From Octopus sinensis (lineage: Eukaryota): a DNA stretch of 22,326 bases. Below, one piece after another: positions 20,101-22,326 of the stretch. The notes under the pieces are model-generated. The model was not told where the DNA came from, did no database searches, and was given only the letters and a program-made list of their open reading frames with translations. Within the stretch, counting starts at the first letter, position 1; each line of letters starts with the position of its first letter. The translations under genes were made by a program, and so were the position numbers. The stretch lies in contig NW_021837015.1 of the NCBI RefSeq assembly GCF_006345805.1, positions 1 to 22,326 on the forward strand. The letters run 5' to 3'.

Positions 20101-21625
20101 TCCTCAAAACCATTCTTGACAATGACTCGATCAGATGGTTCGAGCACTACTTATAGACCCGAGTTAACGGTGAAGATCGGACCCGTACAATCAAGATCTT
20201 TCAAAACAAGCATTGGAACGCCCCAAGGTGATTCAATATCACCTGTACTATTCATATTCATTGTCTATCTTGAAGCGGCACTAAGAGATCTGAGAAAACT
20301 AGTGAAGACTACTTCAATAACTGAAGTGATATATGCCGACGATGTAGACTTTTTGTCTCATGATAAGTCGACACTCGAAGAACTGCTGACCATGCTTCTC
20401 ATGCACTGGAAAAATGGTTCTTAAAAGTGAAATAGAAAAACCGAATATGTAACAATCAACCGGGAGGCAAATAGAACAGACGAAAAATGGCGAAACTCGA
20501 AAAAAAGTTGGAACTCTTTTAGGAGATAGTGAAGACATTATGAGGAGAAAGATGCTATCGACTGTTGCACTTAACAAACTGCGGACCACACTTGGCTACG
20601 AAACCGCGAGGTTGGAACGGCCTTACGTGCCAAATTATACAATGCTTTTATTAAACCCATACTTTTGTACAACGGAGGAACATGGGGAATTCTGAGTCTG
20701 AATCAAAATCTCTTGATGCATTCCATAGAAGACAGTTAAGAATTCTTATTGGCATCAACTGGCCAAAGAAAATCAAGAACTCCACCCTATACAATATCTG
20801 CAACAGCAGACCCGTCAGTGTGGACATTACCGAAGCACGTTGGCGCCTATTGGGCCACATTCTAAGACTCGACCAGGATGTCTATGCTAACTGGGCAATG
20901 GATCATATTACGCAAAGGACGAAGATCTGCGTCCCGAGGACGCCCACGAAATACATTACCTATTGTAATCTCAAAAGAACTACAACGCGTTAAAAGACAA
21001 CTGAAAAATGGAGACGACCTAGATACTCTCAGGAGTATAGATACAACGCACATCATGGAAAATTATGACCGAAAAGATAGCTCATATGTGGCACATGTGG
21101 GAACTTAATTAGTTTAAATTACATTATGTTCCTATGACAGTGCTAATAATAATAAAATTGTTATCCATCCATATTTGTTTGTATTTGAACGCTGACTATT
21201 CACATACATCTTCCTTCAATAATTCTAGCCCTCTTTGTCTTCAAATTAGTTCTATAATAAATTGAAGTTCCAGTTCCAGAAATAGAACCATCCTTCCATG
21301 GAATATCAATTGATGAAAATCCATTGAGTTTAAAGGAACTACCCTCTTGATCTTTGTCTCATTTACTATCAAAACATCCATACAACACTGTGCTGACCAA
21401 TGCAGTCAGCTCTGAGGCCCGCTTTCTAAGAGAGCGGGCATTGATCAGGGTTATCCTGATTACTTCTGATTTTTGGTGGCTGATCCCTTTTCTAGAATCG
21501 CCACCAAATCCAGTAAAAGCTTCGTATCCTTTTTGTTTTCGTTACTTCTATAATGCTTTTTCTAATTTCTCCAAATTTTTGTGAGTAATCTAGCTGACAT
21601 TTCGTACTTATCATCTGTGCTGAGA
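17167..21625 (-). mobile_element. Near-complete L2/Jockey-like LINE (ORF1 C-terminus + APE-RT ORF2), interrupted by an RTE insertion
   Basis: The ORF1 end (..KLLLDLVAILEKGSATKNQK*) overlaps the ORF2 start SEVIRITLINARSLRKR..DVLIVNETK (21470-21300). Further motifs: DGITIGGI across the insert, GDLNSKH, GSDHIP, KGKPKSKADSYRP, LDITKAFD, GVPQGSILSPLLF, IIYADD, YLGVSID. The 3' tail is AATAAAACTTGTCTTGTCTTG (17167-17187). Confidence 0.88.
19577..21155 (+). mobile_element. 5'-truncated RTE-clade LINE nested in the LINE above
   Basis: EVLKAIKKL.NNRAAGPDNINGELIK, LQKPNKPQGP, GIDMSRAFDTI, GTPQGDSISPVLF, YADDVDF, LDAFHRRQLRILIGINWP..RWRLLGHILR, RGRPRNTLP. It ends in a (TAA)n tail. AAT is shared at both junctions (19574-19576, 21156-21158). 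Confidence 0.9.
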
Positions 21626-22192
21626 TTTTATTTTTTTCAAAATACAAATACCTGAGCTGGTATTTGGGTTTTAAATATATTCATTATAAAATTAAAATCG
21701 ATGCCAAAGCAGAATGTGCTTTAAACCGATTTCATAAATAAATAATATTTTAAAATTAATAATTGATTTTTAGAATAATGAGAAAAAATTCTAATGCTTC
21801 ATAATGTATTAAAATGTCAAACAGAATCTTCTGAAGGAGCAAGCCTGTCTGCACAGTTCATTTGTGATTAGAAGATCTAATTTTAGAGATTGAAAAGAGA
21901 AATAGCAATGAGATCTGTCAAATTATTACCCCCCTCACAACCTAAACCAAATTAGCGTTCAGTATTCATTGATTTTACTTTTCTATTAAGGTCTACTTAT
22001 AAATTATTTTATGGGATTCAATGGAAAATTTAAGTTATTTCAATTTTAATTTTTAAATCATGTTAAATTTTAAATCATTTTATAAATATATTTTTTTACT
22101 TTACCTTGTTGCCCTATTCAAAGCACTAGTGTCCATTCAACGGCGTGTCCATTTTATGGACGGTCAAAATTATGACTAATTATTATTTCCAA

Positions 22193-22240
22193 CTAGCTCG
22201 CAGCTCGCTTCGCTCACCGCGACCTAGCTCCTGCGGAGGG
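22193..22240 (-). mobile_element. Possible Helitron 3' terminus (element would continue beyond the window)
   Basis: The minus strand reads CGCGGTGAGC-GAA-GCGAGCTGCG (imperfect GC hairpin), followed by AGCTAG|T. Confidence 0.35.
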
Positions 22241-22326
22241 CCTGTTTCATCAACAACTATAAGTTTATGTAGATGTATAAAACTACTGGTTGAAGTAAAC
22301 CCTATCTATCGCCTGTTGTTCGTTTT

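Noticed and set aside
21770-21965. IS630/Tc1-like transposase remnant (YYPP..NLNQI)
   Set aside because: The similarity is only a few residues with stops and no TIR; not supportable.

Overview
Eukaryotic, AT-rich window in the standard genetic code, not prokaryotic. It alternates between compact gene islands and a dense nest of retroelements. By-eye splicing recovers four housekeeping genes that the ORF track fragments: PYM1 (5'-truncated by the window), QRSL1/GatA (491 aa), a much-shortened NUP107 (about 610-640 aa) and GALK2 (450 aa, minus strand). Of 28 modelled introns, 27 are only 23-35 nt. They have very degenerate 5' splice sites and several non-YAG acceptors, and include one GC-AG and one apparent GT-TG intron. 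This architecture resembles a dicyemid-type miniaturised animal parasite (inference only). The rest is mobile DNA. It includes four same-strand CRE-clade non-LTR fragments, a tRNA-headed poly(A) SINE nested in an I-group LINE, and an integrase remnant. It also includes a restriction-like-endonuclease retroelement resembling a family I recall from microsporidia, itself interrupted by a LINE 3' end with a 12-bp target-site duplication. Further right are a Helitron/HINE-like element carrying about 18 copies of a 95-bp repeat with 4-unit higher-order structure, and a near-complete L2/Jockey-like LINE with an RTE element inserted in its endonuclease. All family calls come from motif recognition by eye; no database search was run.
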